Below, in pieces: positions 1 through 14,232 of a stretch of DNA of 64,000 nucleotides (positions are counted from its first letter, which is position 1; the number at the start of each line of letters is the position of its first letter). This DNA is from Tubiluchus corallicola (lineage: Eukaryota > Animalia > Priapulida). A program made the position numbers and the translations under genes. The stretch covers positions 558,001 to 622,000 of the forward strand of contig JAQGDQ010000002.1 in the NCBI GenBank assembly GCA_030141605.1. Reading direction: 5' to 3'. The notes beneath the pieces are model-generated. The model saw nothing but the letters and a program-made list of their open reading frames with translations, made no database searches and was not told the origin of the DNA.

Positions 1-337
1 CTATTTTTTTGAACTTCATGCAATGTTATCTAAACTTGTTTTAAACGATTTACCGTTTAAAATGGCTGCACCTATTGTTCATCACAGGAATTTGAATTTT
101 CAAGTTTTTTATAGTATTGGTACTAATAAGTTCAGTGCGCAATAAGTAGCCTCAAATATTGATGTAGCCAGTACAAAATATCAAGACGAATTTTTTTAAG
201 TTTATGTAAGAATAGTGCTTTCTTGTGTTTTAACTTTGTGCTGCTGAATGGGCAGCATGTCTTATACCTCGGTGTATCTTATATAGCGAAAAATACAGTA
301 AGTTTCATAACAGACTGTAATACTTTTGTTTTCATAG

Positions 338-3300
338 GTAGCACTGGTAGACCTGAAGAGCAATCCTAACATTTCTCCAGTTCTTCCTTACTTGATAAAC
401 TTTATTTACACTGGTGTAAAGACCCTGAGTTATGATCTGGTTCAAACGAAGAAGCTTCTTGACACTGCACATTCATTAATACACAACGAGTCATTGTATT
501 TTGGTCCAAAACCTTATGTAAGTGTGACCGTGATCCCAACTTCATCATAATCCACAAATTGATTTTTGGAAATTTAAATTTTACATCTTTTTTGTCACAT
601 TGCATTGTGAAACAAAATATTTGAGTTAGAGTTTTGACCAAAAAACTAGAAATTTTGTGGCTACCATCAGTTGCAGACCTGAATTAGAGAACAAGCTCTC
701 AAGTGTTTGTGAAGAATTGCAAATTCTATTTAAAAATGTCTTCTAAACTTAACTTAATGTCGGTGCTGTATTTAAAAATATGCCTTCTAAGCTTAACTGA
801 AAGTCGTTGCTAATAAATACTTGTGTTGTTGTAGCTCAGTGTACTGCTGCAAGCTGTACGATACTGCATATTAGAACCGCTATCTGTATCAACTGGCGCA
901 TCAACAAATCAGTGGAGTTTAAGAGACTATGCGGCAATGCTTCTAGTTGAAATCACAAAGTTTGTATTTTAAGTCTTGTGTGTTAAATTATTTATTAGCC
1001 TTTCAGGGGATTTAGTTTGTTTCAAAATTTGAAGTGTCATAAGCCTTTGCGTTTCACAACACCATATATGCTTTTATATTTTAATATAAAAAACTCACAA
1101 TGGAGTATGTTTTTGTATATACTATTGGGCAGATTAGTCAATAAGTCTGTTTGCTAAAATGTAAATATCATACCAAAAATTCAAGGAAACTGAATATTTA
1201 TGTTTTTTATGTGAACAAGAACTGTGATGAAATTAGCAGCCTCTAATTTCGTGTTTAATGGTGTTGATTATTTTATCTATTATTCAAACAAAATATACTG
1301 TGTGTGGAAAGTGTGAAAGCTAGTATCTAATAATAGTGGAACAAAAGCATTTAAATGAGCATTAGACACGTAAATGTGTATGTAGATGTAGATGCTCTTA
1401 ACAGTCTAATAATAAATGTCATGGGGCAAAGCAAGAGAAAGGTAAGAGAGAAAGAGCTTAGCGAACAGTGATGCAAAAATCAGCTCACCATTTTGCTGGT
1501 ACAGTAATTCCTCACTTAACGACTCCCCACTTAGCGATGCTTTGCTTTAACAATGCTAATCATTTGACACCATTTTTCGCTTAGCAACTGAATGCTTTTA
1601 CTTTGTTTCTTATGGAAAACAGTTTCGTTTAGTGACGTTTCGCTTAACGATGCATTTTGCTAGAACGCATTAGCATCGTTAAGCGAGGACCTACTGTAGT
1701 TACCTGATGATGTAGCGAAATAAGCTCCCAGTTCTCATAAGGACATCGACAACAAAAATGATATTAGACAGTTTTCTTCATTTTGTTTGACTTCTATATC
1801 TCCAAGTAATGTCAATTTTTTTCTCTACTAGAGCATGTTCATTTAGTTTTAAAAACTGCATTTTTGTTTTGATAAACCATTTGGCTGATTTTGAGTAGCT
1901 TCTACAGTCTACATGTAACTTAGGTGTGATGTATTGCTTATGAATTTCCAGATTGTGGGCAACTCCAGTGAATCGTTTGCAGCAATATGCCTATAGAACT
2001 TTGCTAGAAGCTTTTACAGATTATATGAGAGCTTTACCAGCACATTATGGTGCATTAATGGGACTTGTTTGTTTTGGACCAGAAGTAAGGTTTCTAACAA
2101 ATCAAATTCAGTCTTTATTGTATTTTCTTCAAGGCATTCATTGTCATTTTACTAATTTAAAAAATCCTATGTCTAAGAAGACTAACATTTTTGATTCAGT
2201 ACCTCTCAATGTTGATAAAATAAATTTTGCACAGTCTTACAAACCTTACGAGTTTGAGCCTAACTGCGTAATAGTAAACGGTACCTCATATCCCTTTTAC
2301 TAAGCACAGTAAATCTGTAAAAAACGAATTACAGCTCATGTATCATCTATGCCACTCTATTTGTCATGCACTTGGCTAATAAAGTTTAACATTTTTGTTT
2401 GTGTTTTCTTTCATGTAGGTAGTTGAAGAGGTAGTTGGGGTGCATTTACATACCTTCGTTGACTACTTGAGTAACAAATTAGTGGACAAAAACAGAGTGG
2501 TGGCATCAGACGCATGGAAAGTTCATGGACTATTACTGGTAATTTTTACCTTGTATGTTAGTTGGACTGCTTTGCTCATTAATGCTATGGTCTGCTTCCA
2601 GTGGCAGTTAACCATCAGACTGACAAGGCTTAAAGCTAGCAGCCCGAAAAACAGAAAGTCTAAGATATGCAGTTCACAGAAAAGCACCCCCATTTGAAAG
2701 GTCATTAGAGAACTTGAAACAATCAGAAGCAATGCAGCGGGAATTTGGAATCATCAGAAATGTTGCAGCATTTTTTGTTATTGGATTATTCTCTTGCAAA
2801 TAACTCTGTGGAGCCGTTCAGTTCACTGTGTTCGCGTAATACGAAACTTTGCGAATTTACTCATTGTTGGGCAAACAATGCATACCAAATTTTCGCAAAT
2901 TTGGATTCATGACAACTGTAAACGCACATCTATATTTGTAAGGTAGGGAGGAGTGAGAGAGAGGAGAGTAAGTAGAAAGAGAGTAGGGGAGGCAGGAATG
3001 AATGGAGAGAGAGAGGAGGGAAAGGGAGAGGGAAAAGAGTGGGAGAGGGAAGGAAGGGAGAGGGAAGAGAGAGACATTCAATTGAAATAAGTTAATTGTA
3101 AAAACAGATTGCATGACAATGGTAAATAATGTTTTAAAGTGACATCCCAGGCAAAAAACCCACTGCTTCACATTCCAGAATAGTTAATTTTTGTTTATGG
3201 TTACCTCTTACTGTGGATAAATGTGAAGTCTTATTTTGTGCTGCTTTTCTATAAATTACAGAAAACTGCCCAGTTTAATAAGTGTATTTGATGGTTTGAT

Positions 3301-4377
3301 TAACAGGAGATATACAAATTTCCTTAAGTTAACTTTAAAAAGTAAAATTGAAGGTTTTTAATGTAACTTTTGTCTTTTATAATTGGTTGTGGTCAGGAAA
3401 TGCTCGTTTGCTCTTGATTGTCGTATAATTAACAATATTATAGTTCTTTGTGGACTTTAGAATTATTCCAATTTTGAAAATGGTAGGTGTACATACCAAA
3501 ATGGTGTTTTAATTAAAGAAAAATTGTGTCTATAATGTTGTTTATATATATATTTTAGCTGACTGCTGAAAAGATCATCCGACGTCACGTGCATCTCATC
3601 GAATCCGAAGCTAACACTGATCCCCTTTTCCATACACCTCTGGCTAGTGTAGAGAAAAAGAAAGCAGCAGACTCTGATATACATGATTGTGTATCAACAG
3701 AAAAACATCCGCGTATTAAAATTAACGAACTTTATAGCATATTTTCCGAGTACTTCGGTGAATCTCTGTTTGCTAGGTTACCTCAAGTGAGAATTAAAAA
3801 TCCGTACAAAAAAACAGAAAAAAAGACAGTAAACAAAGAAAAGGAAGGAATGGAATTACTACAAGAGATAATACAGCAAGTCGAGGAGGAGAGAAGCACG
3901 AGTTACGGGTCTGTCGGTGAAAGCAAGTCCTCGTACGATGATGACGACATCAACGCAATGGATCTCCGGGTAAAAGAAACATTCAGTGACCCTGCTATTG
4001 GGATTAAAGTGACTATATCACGAAGACCAAAGGAACACCTAAACACTGAGCAAACCAGTAATAGAGTGGCTCAGGGTTTGTACATGAGGCCTTCGTATTA
4101 CGGCTTTTATCAACAGGACTTGCCATTTGATTATGCAATTCCTCAACCTAGGCAGGAGTTTATCTTCTGTTATACAGGTGCCATGGTTGCACCTGTATAT
4201 GCACTGAAACGTCGTCGTGTGAGTGACATGCATAATCAGCTTAAATTTTCAATATTTCAACAGTTTTCGGTGCACAGTGGCAAAATTGCGAAACGTAAAA
4301 TTAAACATTCACCTGAAATGCTTGGCAGAATATACAGACGAAAGTTTATAACTGGTAACTTGGATGTGACATTATGA
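338..4377 (+). CDS. TAF6L: TAF6-like SAGA/PCAF subunit (TAF6L), last five coding exons; 5' part lies upstream of the window
   Basis: GT-AG exons 338-517, 835-959, 1952-2084, 2419-2538 and 3559-4377 join in frame. Peptides VALVDLKSNPNISPVLPYLINFIYTGVKTLSYDL, YCILEPLSVSTGASTNQWSLRDYAAMLL, HYGALMGL, DAWKVHGLLLLTAEKI and ELYSIFSEYFGESL match my recollection of the TAF6L HEAT-like region. Stop TGA ends at 4377. Confidence 0.88.
1502..1696. mobile_element. pogo/Tigger-like MITE (195 bp)
   Basis: TA|CAGTAATTCCTCACTTAACGA ... TCGTTAAGCGAGGACCTACTG|TA; TA TSD; internal (C)GCTTA(A/G)CGA repeats. Confidence 0.85.
2941..3075. repeat. Polypurine (GA-rich) low-complexity tract in a TAF6L intron
   Basis: About 135 nt almost entirely G and A. 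Confidence 0.85.
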
Positions 4378-4711
4378 GTTCCTGTTGTTTTCGATTTTGC
4401 TGAGCATAACAAGAATAAAAAAGCAACTGGTTTTCACTTCTTGCATATATTATGTTAATTGTTTATACACTACAGGAAAATTACTGAAATATTTCAGAAA
4501 TAATAATATATAACAAATAATTAAAAATCTCTCGGGTATCTTTCAAAGTTAACCTGAATTAAAGTTTTAACATGATTACGTTCTATTCTACGAATAAGTA
4601 AATAAAAAAAGCAGGACTGATAGCCCATCACAGCTTTGCGTAATGTTCTTTGCTTACAACTGTTAACTCCTAGCTGGCATATTTCTTCGATAAGCTGAAA
4701 TTACGAAGCTG

Positions 4712-7700
4712 TCAAGTGGTTTTTGAAGTAGTTGAAGAGTAGGAACTACTTTTGTGGTCATCCATGTCAAACTGATCATGCGCCTCGCTGCAAAAAAATT
4801 ACGACACCTCAATGTGCTAAATGCTTAATCCAACCAATGCAGCATATCACAATCTCTTGACAGAGCATTTGTGAACTACATTAGTTCTGGTACATTTATG
4901 AACAATATTTATGTAAGCTACTTCTCAAAAAACATCACTAGCCAACTTTAGCCTTAAAAGGAAATTGAAAAATGAAATGCATCATAATGCACTAGAAAAA
5001 ATAATGCTACAAAAATTTGTATTTTTTCGACTACTAGGTTAAAGCATCAACCATTTTATACTGGGCTATTCATGGTTCAAATGGATAAAAGTGGCTTGTC
5101 AAAGAGACTCGACGGCTCAAAAATTGGTATAATTTATGACGACTGTGCAATCGTAACACATTATAATTTTATAGATGTGTAAAAGTTTGCTTAAATGGTA
5201 TTTAGATTTGTTTTTGTCACTCTATAAAATAATGTATCAGTACCGAAAACAACGGGAGCAGTAGAGATCATTTTCACAACCATGGCAACGAAGTGTAGCA
5301 TCCTCATTGCAGATGCAGCACCATGGCAGTTCATCATCGTCACTAATTCCTTCATTACTGGCAGATATTACTGGCTAAAAAAATAATCATTTCAGGTAAT
5401 GCTAACACTCTTATTTTCATCATAAAAAGAGCAATAAGTAACTTTTAGCTGATCTGCATGCAATATTATACCATTTGCACCTGTATTATAAGTATATAAC
5501 GTAATTACATGAGTACGACAATTACTGTTGTGAGAGTCTTGAGACACTTGGCTTTGTAAGATAGGTTTAAAAAGTAAAAACGTCAAATCACGTGTGAACT
5601 TTACCTGTTTGTGCACTTTCTTTGCCTTTTTCTTACTTTTAGTGGCACTTTTTGGCATTTTTTTAGCAACTGAAGCTTTATCCTCTCTAAACATGTCATC
5701 CAGTCTGTCTTGCTCTAAAATCTGCAGAAAAGTTTTATGTTGTTAATAGTTCTATAATCTGACAGATCTACCTTGAACTTTATCCCTATGTCAGTATCAT
5801 AATGTTGCAAGCTATTATTTTTCTTTACATTTTTACACTGCTTGAAAATCAGTTGTAGAAACAAATATCTCTGCAATAATTTAACACAAATGTAATAAAA
5901 TTAGAACAAAAGAAAATGTATTTAGTTTGAAGACCATGCCTGTTGTATAAGTTGCTCTGTTTTCTGTTCATCTGTCAAATCATCTTCATCATCTTCCTCA
6001 CCTGAATTACCAGTGATGCCTAAAAGAAAGATCAGAGACTCACAGTATAATTCACACAGGAATTGTGTAATGGCTATGTTGAAGTAGAATACCATTGTCA
6101 AACAACATTGACAATACATTCTTTGTTTATAGCATTAAAAATATGGGAATTAAGACTATTATTGTAAATTTATCGAGATTATTACCGCACTAACAATTAA
6201 GTCCAATAAGCTACAGCTTTATTTGACAAAACAGTGGCAGTTCATTAGAGAAAATGCAGTAAACTTTTGTCTAATTATCGTTTAGAAAGATTTGATATGC
6301 AACTATGTGAATGACTAACTGAATCAGTCTTCTATTTGTAAAAAAGTGCAAAAAATTAAGTAGTTGTCAGAATTATTTGATGTAATCCAGCTAATAGTAC
6401 CTCCAACAGAATCACTTAATGATAATATCTTAAAGGTAGTGCTTGGTATCTAAAAGCCTTGAACACAACAATTAGGATTTTTTCGTAAATGGTTTGGCCA
6501 GCTATTAAATGCACAGATGACAAGCCAGTGGTATAGCAGCATCTCATCTACCGGACTGGCTGCATTCGCGCGATAATTCTGCTGCATTTGCATGGTAATC
6601 CTTTTAAATGATAGAAGTGAACATGCCTAATGTTTAAATAACTGTAAATAAGTATAATGTTATAAGCATGAGATAGACTAATAACGTGCCCCATACCTGT
6701 GCTGCTAGTAGTTTCCCGACTCTGCCTTTTTCGCAACTCTTCCAGCTGAGATCGAATTTGGTTGTCTTTCTCTAGACCTTCCAGGGCTCTCCTTGCCTCT
6801 GTTTCAACCTCTTGAGAAGCATCCTATGAAACAAAAAAACATGAGACATTTAACTGTTTGAATATTGCAAACCGAACATTGGCAAATTTAGCTTCAAGAT
6901 CATCTTTGGGACAAATATTTTTTGGATATTGAAAACGCTTTCCTTGCTGGCAGTGGTGGCTTTAGTGATGTCTGTATTCACTGTGCGCTGGAATTAACCA
7001 TGCCATGCCTTAAATGCAAAATTAGCAATAATTTCCAACAAGCAAATTTTCACAGTTTGTGGGATTAAATAAATGCACTTATGTGTTAGACTGCAAGTAC
7101 AGCAATCTTTATGGTTGCACAAGTTTTGCAAAACATGGACATAAACAATCACTCTCCCCATATCATCAGACTTAGTAGATTTAAAAAAATGATTGTTATA
7201 TTATTTTATAAAGTATTCCGTATAAAGCTGAATACCTGTAAAAGCTTGTTAAGAGCAGCGGCATCTATGTTTTTATCATTTGTCTGACAAGAATTGATAT
7301 AACTACTGCTGCCATCTATGTTAGATGTATCACCAGGTATGTTAGCACCCGAGGTTGATGGTGTTGATGCTCCTGTCACTCGATTCAAATCATTCTGCTC
7401 CTGGTTAGGCTCTGTAATAAGACCAACATGTAACTTTGTCAAAATACTGCAAGATTCTGAGAGAACATGAAAAAACAAAAACTACTAGTTACAAGTCAAA
7501 AGCGCAAAATCTCTGTGCATTATTACTTTATAATCGATCATTTTGGTGCGAAAAGTACATATAATGCTAGTCAACACAACAATCAAACCTCTTTATACCG
7601 CCTACTTTGGGGCTCCAGAAAATGTTGGCATTATAAGGCGTTAATACATACAAGTCTATGCAAACATAGACATTTCGTCTTGCTAAAAGTATAGACATTA

Positions 7701-10700
7701 AGCGAGGTTGGTATTCTAAAAGGGGCGTTATAAATGAGGTTTGACTGTATATAACTACAAATGAATATAAGTATGAGCGCAACATAAATATTATTTGTAT
7801 GACCATGAATTTTCTATAGATGCAACATATTTTTTTCATGATTTCATTCTTCAAAATTGCTAATACAAAAAGTTAACAGAATACACAATTTGACTGTGCC
7901 TGAAGAATTTTAATGCACAGATACTACGTTTAGATATGAAAACTTGTAAGCTTCACTTCACATTTAATGACACCTTATGGTCTTTAAAAATTACTAACAA
8001 TGTTAAAAATGCACCTCAGTCTATTTTTTCATATTTTAGAATTCAATCTGAGAAAAACAGAAAAATTGTAAACCATTTTCAGTTTCTGTGCTTATTTGTC
8101 ATTTGCAAACGCCAAAATTTGGGACATTTTCTCTATAATGCCATATAGAATGACAGTCAGCCAGCCTAAAACAATAAACTAACATTTGCCAATGTTGATT
8201 TTTCTATAAACAGCAACAAAAAACAAATTGAAAGCTCTGCAAAAGTTTAGCAAAGCCTAATCAAATAGACACTAAACTGACTAATACAGTATATACATAA
8301 TTAGAAAAGATTAAACATCGGACCTCGTTCACAATTAGTGGAAATTAAAAGATGTTAAGCAAGTACTTTCTGATTTTAGTTGATCTTCTTTAGGTATGTC
8401 TGGTTGACTATCTCGTAAATGCTCCAATCGACGTGTGACATCTGCTACTGGATCCCACCGTTTATCCAGCTCCACCTGGTCAGATACCTGGAGCAGGAGG
8501 TCACTGGCCTGTTCCACCTGCGTTCGAGTGTCTGGTGGTCTGTACATCTGTGATAAATTTACAAGAATTTTTTAATACATTTATAATCAATAACAAAACT
8601 TTATTGATGACGTGAAAGAACTACAGTCAACCTCGGGTATACGGTACTCGCTTATAAGGGACATTCGCTTATAAGAGACAACCAACACCGGTCCTGATTT
8701 TTCGTAACGTTTTTCCTTCTAAAAATCTTCGTATATAAGGTACTCGGACGTAAGGGACTTTCGGTTATGAGGGACGATATCTTCAGGTCCCGCGTAATAG
8801 CAACCCATGTAAATTATCTTGCTGTGATCAAAGTGAAATTGATCGATCTTTAACCTCAATTTTTCGCAAACTCGGCCTTCGAACAGCTCGGTTTCCGCGG
8901 TCACATACATCTCGCATCACTGAAGGACCTTCCTACATACCGTTTGCACTGAATGTGTAGCAGTAATCCATAAAAATATGTGTAAAAGTACAGGTCTAGA
9001 TACACCCTCGGTCTGACTCAACTTCAGCTATAAGGGACATCGGATATAAGGGACGATTTTTTCCGGTCCGGAGGTGTCCTTTATATCCGAGGCTGACTGT
9101 AATCAAATCACAAGAGACCTCATATCAGAAAGATTTCAAGCCATTAGTTTCTTGTTATTGTATAACAAATGAATAGCAAGGTGACAAGGCAAAAAACATA
9201 AAAATTGTTCAATGTGGCAATAATGTGCAGCATACTATACAAATGATATGGAAAGTACTTGGGACCAGTCAAGAAAAGTCGTGTAAATATTTGATACTTC
9301 GCATGGATGTTCTAAAAGAGCAAAACTGTTAATACACAAGTACAGTTCCTAATTTAATAAAACCCTTTCAAACCTTTTAAATACAGTTACTGACAAACTT
9401 ATGGCTCTACATGCTAACCTACATTAATTTTATGAATAATTTCAATCTACACTCACTGGCTTACTGTATGTTGTGTTACATGGTCGATTTTCTCCTTTTA
9501 AATTAGCAAGTCTTGATTCCACTTCTGCTTGGCTACCTGGCAAAAAAGTTTAAGAATTTACTAGGCAGGTAAGCAAAACTGAAGAAACTAACATCTATAA
9601 ACTAATGCAAGCATGGGACAGTGCTTAGTATTTTTTGACTTTCACTAGAGCAAACAGGTAAAAAAAGTGAATTAAACAAAAATTTTAAACATCTCAGACT
9701 GGTAAATAAACACTGGGTCTTACATACATTAAGAAACTAGTGTGCAGGCATTGAAATTTCATGCTGCCTGCAGTCCTGAGGTGGAGACAAGAAGAGGCAA
9801 AGAAACATTTTCAAAGTTGCCCAACATATTTTACAACTTTCTCTCATAAATATCAGTTGGAGACACAGAAATTTTTCTTTGATAAATGCACCTGCTTTAA
9901 GAAAACCAGAATGTATCAGAAAAAGAGCCATGAAGCTGAATACTAATCTCTTTAATTTGTCTGATTTCCTTAAATACATCCCTGTTTGACAGCTCAAACC
10001 TTGCACAATGCAGATTAGACATAGATTGCTTCTGGGGTCATACATTGCTTTTTAGCAACATTCTACTTAACATTTCTATGTTACTATTGTTGTTTTTACA
10101 ACCCATGCTAAAAGTTTATGACCCATCAACACGTATAAATATCAGAATACATAAAACATATTGTTCAATATGACTGTTTGTATTGATAAGATTTCAGTAC
10201 ACCAAAGCAACATCCACAGTCATACATCTGGTATAAATACTACTGTTAAAATTCTCAAAGTAAAAAAGAACGTAATCTAAAGATTTTTAATTTTGCTTCG
10301 ATACAGGTCTGCAGCCTGCAGATTTCAACTTGTATAAAACATAAATAACCAACTTATTAATCATTCTGACAATAATAAACTGGCACTGCATAAAATACAT
10401 TTATAAAAGTTAAAAGATATAACAGCAGATTTTAAGAAAAGTGAGTTAGAATGCTTTTATTCTAGAGGAAAATCAAACACTTTCTTGTAAGGTAACACAC
10501 ATGTATGGTAACCTCTAGAGTTACACTGCAAAATTTGATCCTAATTAATGCTTTAAAATACAATTTTTAGTACCAGATTTTGGTTTTTGTTTAAGCTGTT
10601 CAAGGCGCTTGGCTATTTGTATATCTTTCTCTGTCATTCTAGTGCACTGAACATCGCTTTTATGATGTAAGCCACCCCCACCGCCACTGCTGCCACCAGT

Positions 10701-13700
10701 TGAGTGAGAAGCGCCTGACACACCACCATGCTCATTAATGGCTTCCAAACGTTTCACAAAATTTTCTGGTAAATCATAGCTGATTGGTTTCTCATGTGCA
10801 GCATTGCCCCTGTAAAATCGAGTTGAAGGTTTCCTGTGTTAAAACTATAATAGTCGAAACTTGATGACGTTATCCTGTTAAATTAAAAGCTAAGCCTTTC
10901 TTGTGGGCTTGTAAAGAGCACTTAGACAAACCTTTCCAATAAAACATTCCTTGTTATAAGAGAAATAGCTGAACACTGTTCTTAAAACTGGAACAAAACT
11001 GTATTAAATGTAGCCATTTCATCGCCATGGTTATATTATACTGCATTTACCTATTTTAGAGTCTGTCTCCTTGTTTTCTAATCAAACCACCTACTAGGCA
11101 CTTACACTTTTTTGAACATCTAGCAGCACAAACTGTGCAAGACTGTAAGCTCTGCATTAGTGCTGTTATCGCTGTGTTTATCAGCCTAGCTGAGTGATGT
11201 ATGCTAAAGTCAATTCTTTACCGAGTTCACATGATGATCACCCAAAAATTTCAGAATGTCCAACAGTCACCAAACATGCTCCACAAGTTCCCCAAAGAGT
11301 CACAAAACACTTGCGAGTATTCAGAGTTGTAGGCAAAAGATCGCTGGCATCAGTAGAAAATTTTGAGATGTTTAAAATTTGTCGTTGTTCTCCAATGACA
11401 TTTATAAAAGTTATTTATCTATAAATATATTACTTTACAGACAATTTATCAGTGATGCCAGTTTTTTTTATTGGCTTAAACAGCACTATTCGCTTCACTT
11501 CTATAAAGGTTGTTCTAGTGTATTTTAATAACAGTTGGTGACTATCGGTACTGATGACTTAAAAGACTAACCCTAATATACAAAAATGAAATGCATGGCT
11601 TCCTAATTGTCATTAATACATGATGATAATGCGTTCTTACATAAGTTTATTGTAGCAATGGTTGCACACATGGTGTTTCTCCTTTCCTTTTCCTGGTATC
11701 ACAGCTTTTTTCTGCACACATTTTTGGCAGAAAGCAAATCCGCACTGATGACATCCATGCTGCAATTTAAATAGGCAATTATTAAAGCTTACAACATCAA
11801 GTACAGCATCACATTTATAATTTTCTTTTAATGAAAATAATGCCAATTGATTATAATAACCTGTCAAATCGAAGTTTTTATTAAGTTACAAGAATTTACT
11901 TACGTTTGTTATACTTTCGTGAAAGGGGTTAAGCAAGTACACTCATAGAAAATTTTATTAGAAATCCCACATTTTTCCACAAGTCATTCAGCAACTACGA
12001 ATTTAAACTTTACGAGGGCTGGTTTGGCAATCACACAGCAGGCAAATTCCACACGTTCTGCAGCATTCACTACTCACATGGTAAAAGTATATTTACGAGT
12101 ATCAAGACATGATCGCTCTTTAAAAAATTTTAAACTATGTCCCTCTAGTGTTTGAATCAACAACTAAGTTAAAGAAATTGCCTAGTCAGTACTTCTTAAT
12201 TCAAGTGTGGTCAAATTGCAATACTTCAATCTTGTTAAATATGTGAGATTTTTACAACTAAATATTATTCTTTTAGCATGCCTTTCACTCCTTTCATAAG
12301 CAATGTGCCTTCTTGATAATGGGATTTCAAAGCTGCACACAGTATTCTAGATGAGGTCTAAATAAACCAATGTATAATTTCAATATATTTTTTATTTCTA
12401 GAAACGATGTGCCTCTTTATCATCTCCAATATTGTATTTGCTTTCTTATATAACTAATTAAAAAAAATTCAGCACATATCACAGAACATTCGATAACTGA
12501 TTCTCTACAAAGATCGTTATGGCATACACTAGCAGTTCCAGTATTCACTACTCACAATGCAAAGTGAATGTGATGAAGAAAATGCTCCACAATTCCACAA
12601 AAGAAAACATACAATTAATTGCATTAATTAGTTTGCCAACTGGTCTTTAGTGCTACTACACTCAGTCTTTAGCAAATCACTAGTAATGGAACAGAAAAAA
12701 ATGGCACAAATGAAAAAGATAGGTAAAATGACACAGGAAAAATGGCACACTTAGTAAAATATGTGTTTAGGCTAAGGGTTACAGTGGGGGATCACTATTT
12801 TAGTTATTTTTACCTCTGCCAAGGAAATTATGCTTCATCACAGTTTGTTTGTTTGTTTGTCTGTTTTGGCAGTAAGTCTAATATGCAAAAACTAAGAGAT
12901 TTCCAAGAAACTCTGCAAAGAAAGGCGGGTACAGGGTAACAAAATCGGAATCTCTGTTTGCCAGTTCGCAAAACTTGATTAAATACCACGTACAAAAAAA
13001 GTTCATGAAGCACTTTGTGAAGGTCTTAGTGGGCGTGTTTAGTATTTCATTTTTGTTATCCCCACCTAAGCAAACAACTCTGAGTTAATTCTAGTTCCAT
13101 TTCCAGAATTTCTCGCTTGTAAAATTGTGTAATGTTGTCTATATTCTTTGTTTATGAATGTGTATAGCCTTATAAGGTTACTTGGCATGTAAATACGTTT
13201 ATATTTGTCAGTGTGTTACCATCACCAAAATTAATGGTTAAAAAGGTAGGTAAATGCTATGTGGAACATCCGTGCATTATTGATTATAAATCTATTTAAT
13301 GAACAAATATTTCGCAAGTCTTTTGCTAGTCTATAAAATACCAATGAAGGTACATTTTTGTATGTTTAATTGTTGATCTTTGTGTTAAATTTTTTTAATC
13401 AAAAGAATCAGACGAATAAGTTAAGGATTGTTCGGCTTTGACGGAAATCTGCTTCTTGCTGAGTTTTATTATAGAAATTAAATGTATCAAAATAACATAT
13501 GCTATTTTTGCCTACTTTTCGACTTGTGCCATTTTTCCTGTGTGAGCTTTACCTACTTTTCCATTTGTGCCATTTTTTCCTGTGCAATTTTTACTTACTT
13601 TTCCATTTGTGGCATTTTTATCTGTACCATTTTTACCTACTTTTCCATTTGTGCTATTTTTTCCTGTGTCATTTTTACCATACATTTGTCTCACTGCATT

Positions 13701-14232
13701 GATATGGAGCACCATACCAATAATAGACCAGCAGATAAATTTAAGAAAAAATTGGACATGTACTGAGAAGACCATCCAGTGAAGTTCTACAATCCGTTCC
13801 AGCCCGAGTGGACCTATTAGCAATACAACTCTTCTGCTGCTACCACCTCAAACTTTCCACTTAACCAACATAACTGATAACTTAACCACCACTGGCATTT
13901 CTTCCTCACCATATCACAACTACCACTACGCAGCACTTTCACCTAAGAAACAACCTTAAAGAAGAAACGAAAAATAATAACAAACGCAAGCGACAGAGAA
14001 AATGATAAAACAGAAACATCAGGAAAGAGAAAACGATCTACACATTCTACAGTAAAGAGAAAGAATTAAGATGATGTAGAATAAGAACAGTCAAACCTCT
14101 TTATACCGCCCACTTTGAGCCGTTATAGCGAGTTTAGCGTTATAACGAGGTGTGTTAAATTTTACATTATGCTATGAAACTTACCTCCTTTTTAAAAATA
14201 GAAAAAGATGCAGCACAGTTATGACAAGACAT
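4712..14232 (-). CDS. ZFYVE19: Abscission/NoCut checkpoint regulator ZFYVE19 (ANCHR), about 456 aa, 11 coding exons
   Basis: Exons 14232-14185, 11759-11641, 10809-10574, 9536-9457, 8547-8367, 7411-7236, 6823-6697, 6019-5940, 5721-5605, 5374-5244 and 4787-4712 total 1371 nt in frame. N-terminal FYVE ([30 protein letters not shown]...VCNHC), [13 protein letters not shown], and C-terminal B-box [33 protein letters not shown]. Confidence 0.92.
7580..7747. mobile_element. pogo/Tc1-like MITE (168 bp), degenerate left end
   Basis: CAATCAAACCTCTTTATACCGCC ... GGCGTTATAAATGAGGTTTGACTG|TA; a related terminus lies at 14088. Confidence 0.75.
8624..9099. mobile_element. pogo/Tigger-like MITE (476 bp)
   Basis: TA|CAGTCAACCTCGGGTATA ... 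TATATCCGAGGCTGACTG|TA; repeated TATAAGGGAC subterminal motif. Confidence 0.88.
12050..12640 (-). pseudogene. Decayed 3' fragment of a CR1/L2-type LINE (boundaries approximate)
   Basis: Minus-strand translation near 12300-12390 gives [21 protein letters not shown], matching the post-RT [19 protein letters not shown] motif; contains stops and frameshifts. Confidence 0.7.
12683..13685. mobile_element. Foldback-type non-autonomous element with tandem subterminal repeats (boundaries approximate)
   Basis: Left arm AAAAATGGCACAAATGAAAAAGATAGGTAAAATGACACAGGAAAAATGGCAC is inverted relative to about four ~42-bp units (TGTGCCATTTTTCCTGTG...TTTACCTACTTTTCCATT) at 13500-13680. Confidence 0.7.
14088..14150. 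repeat. Terminal fragment of the MITE family seen at 7580
   Basis: CAGTCAAACCTCTTTATACCGCCCACTTTG is nearly identical to 7580-7609. Confidence 0.65.

Noticed and set aside
2857-3171. 104-aa Leu/Ser-rich ORF
   Set aside because: Antisense translation of the GA-rich tract.
13482-13823. Four overlapping ORFs with periodic Cys/Phe or GKNGT repeats
   Set aside because: They are translations of the ~42-bp subterminal repeats of the foldback element; no splice or homology support.
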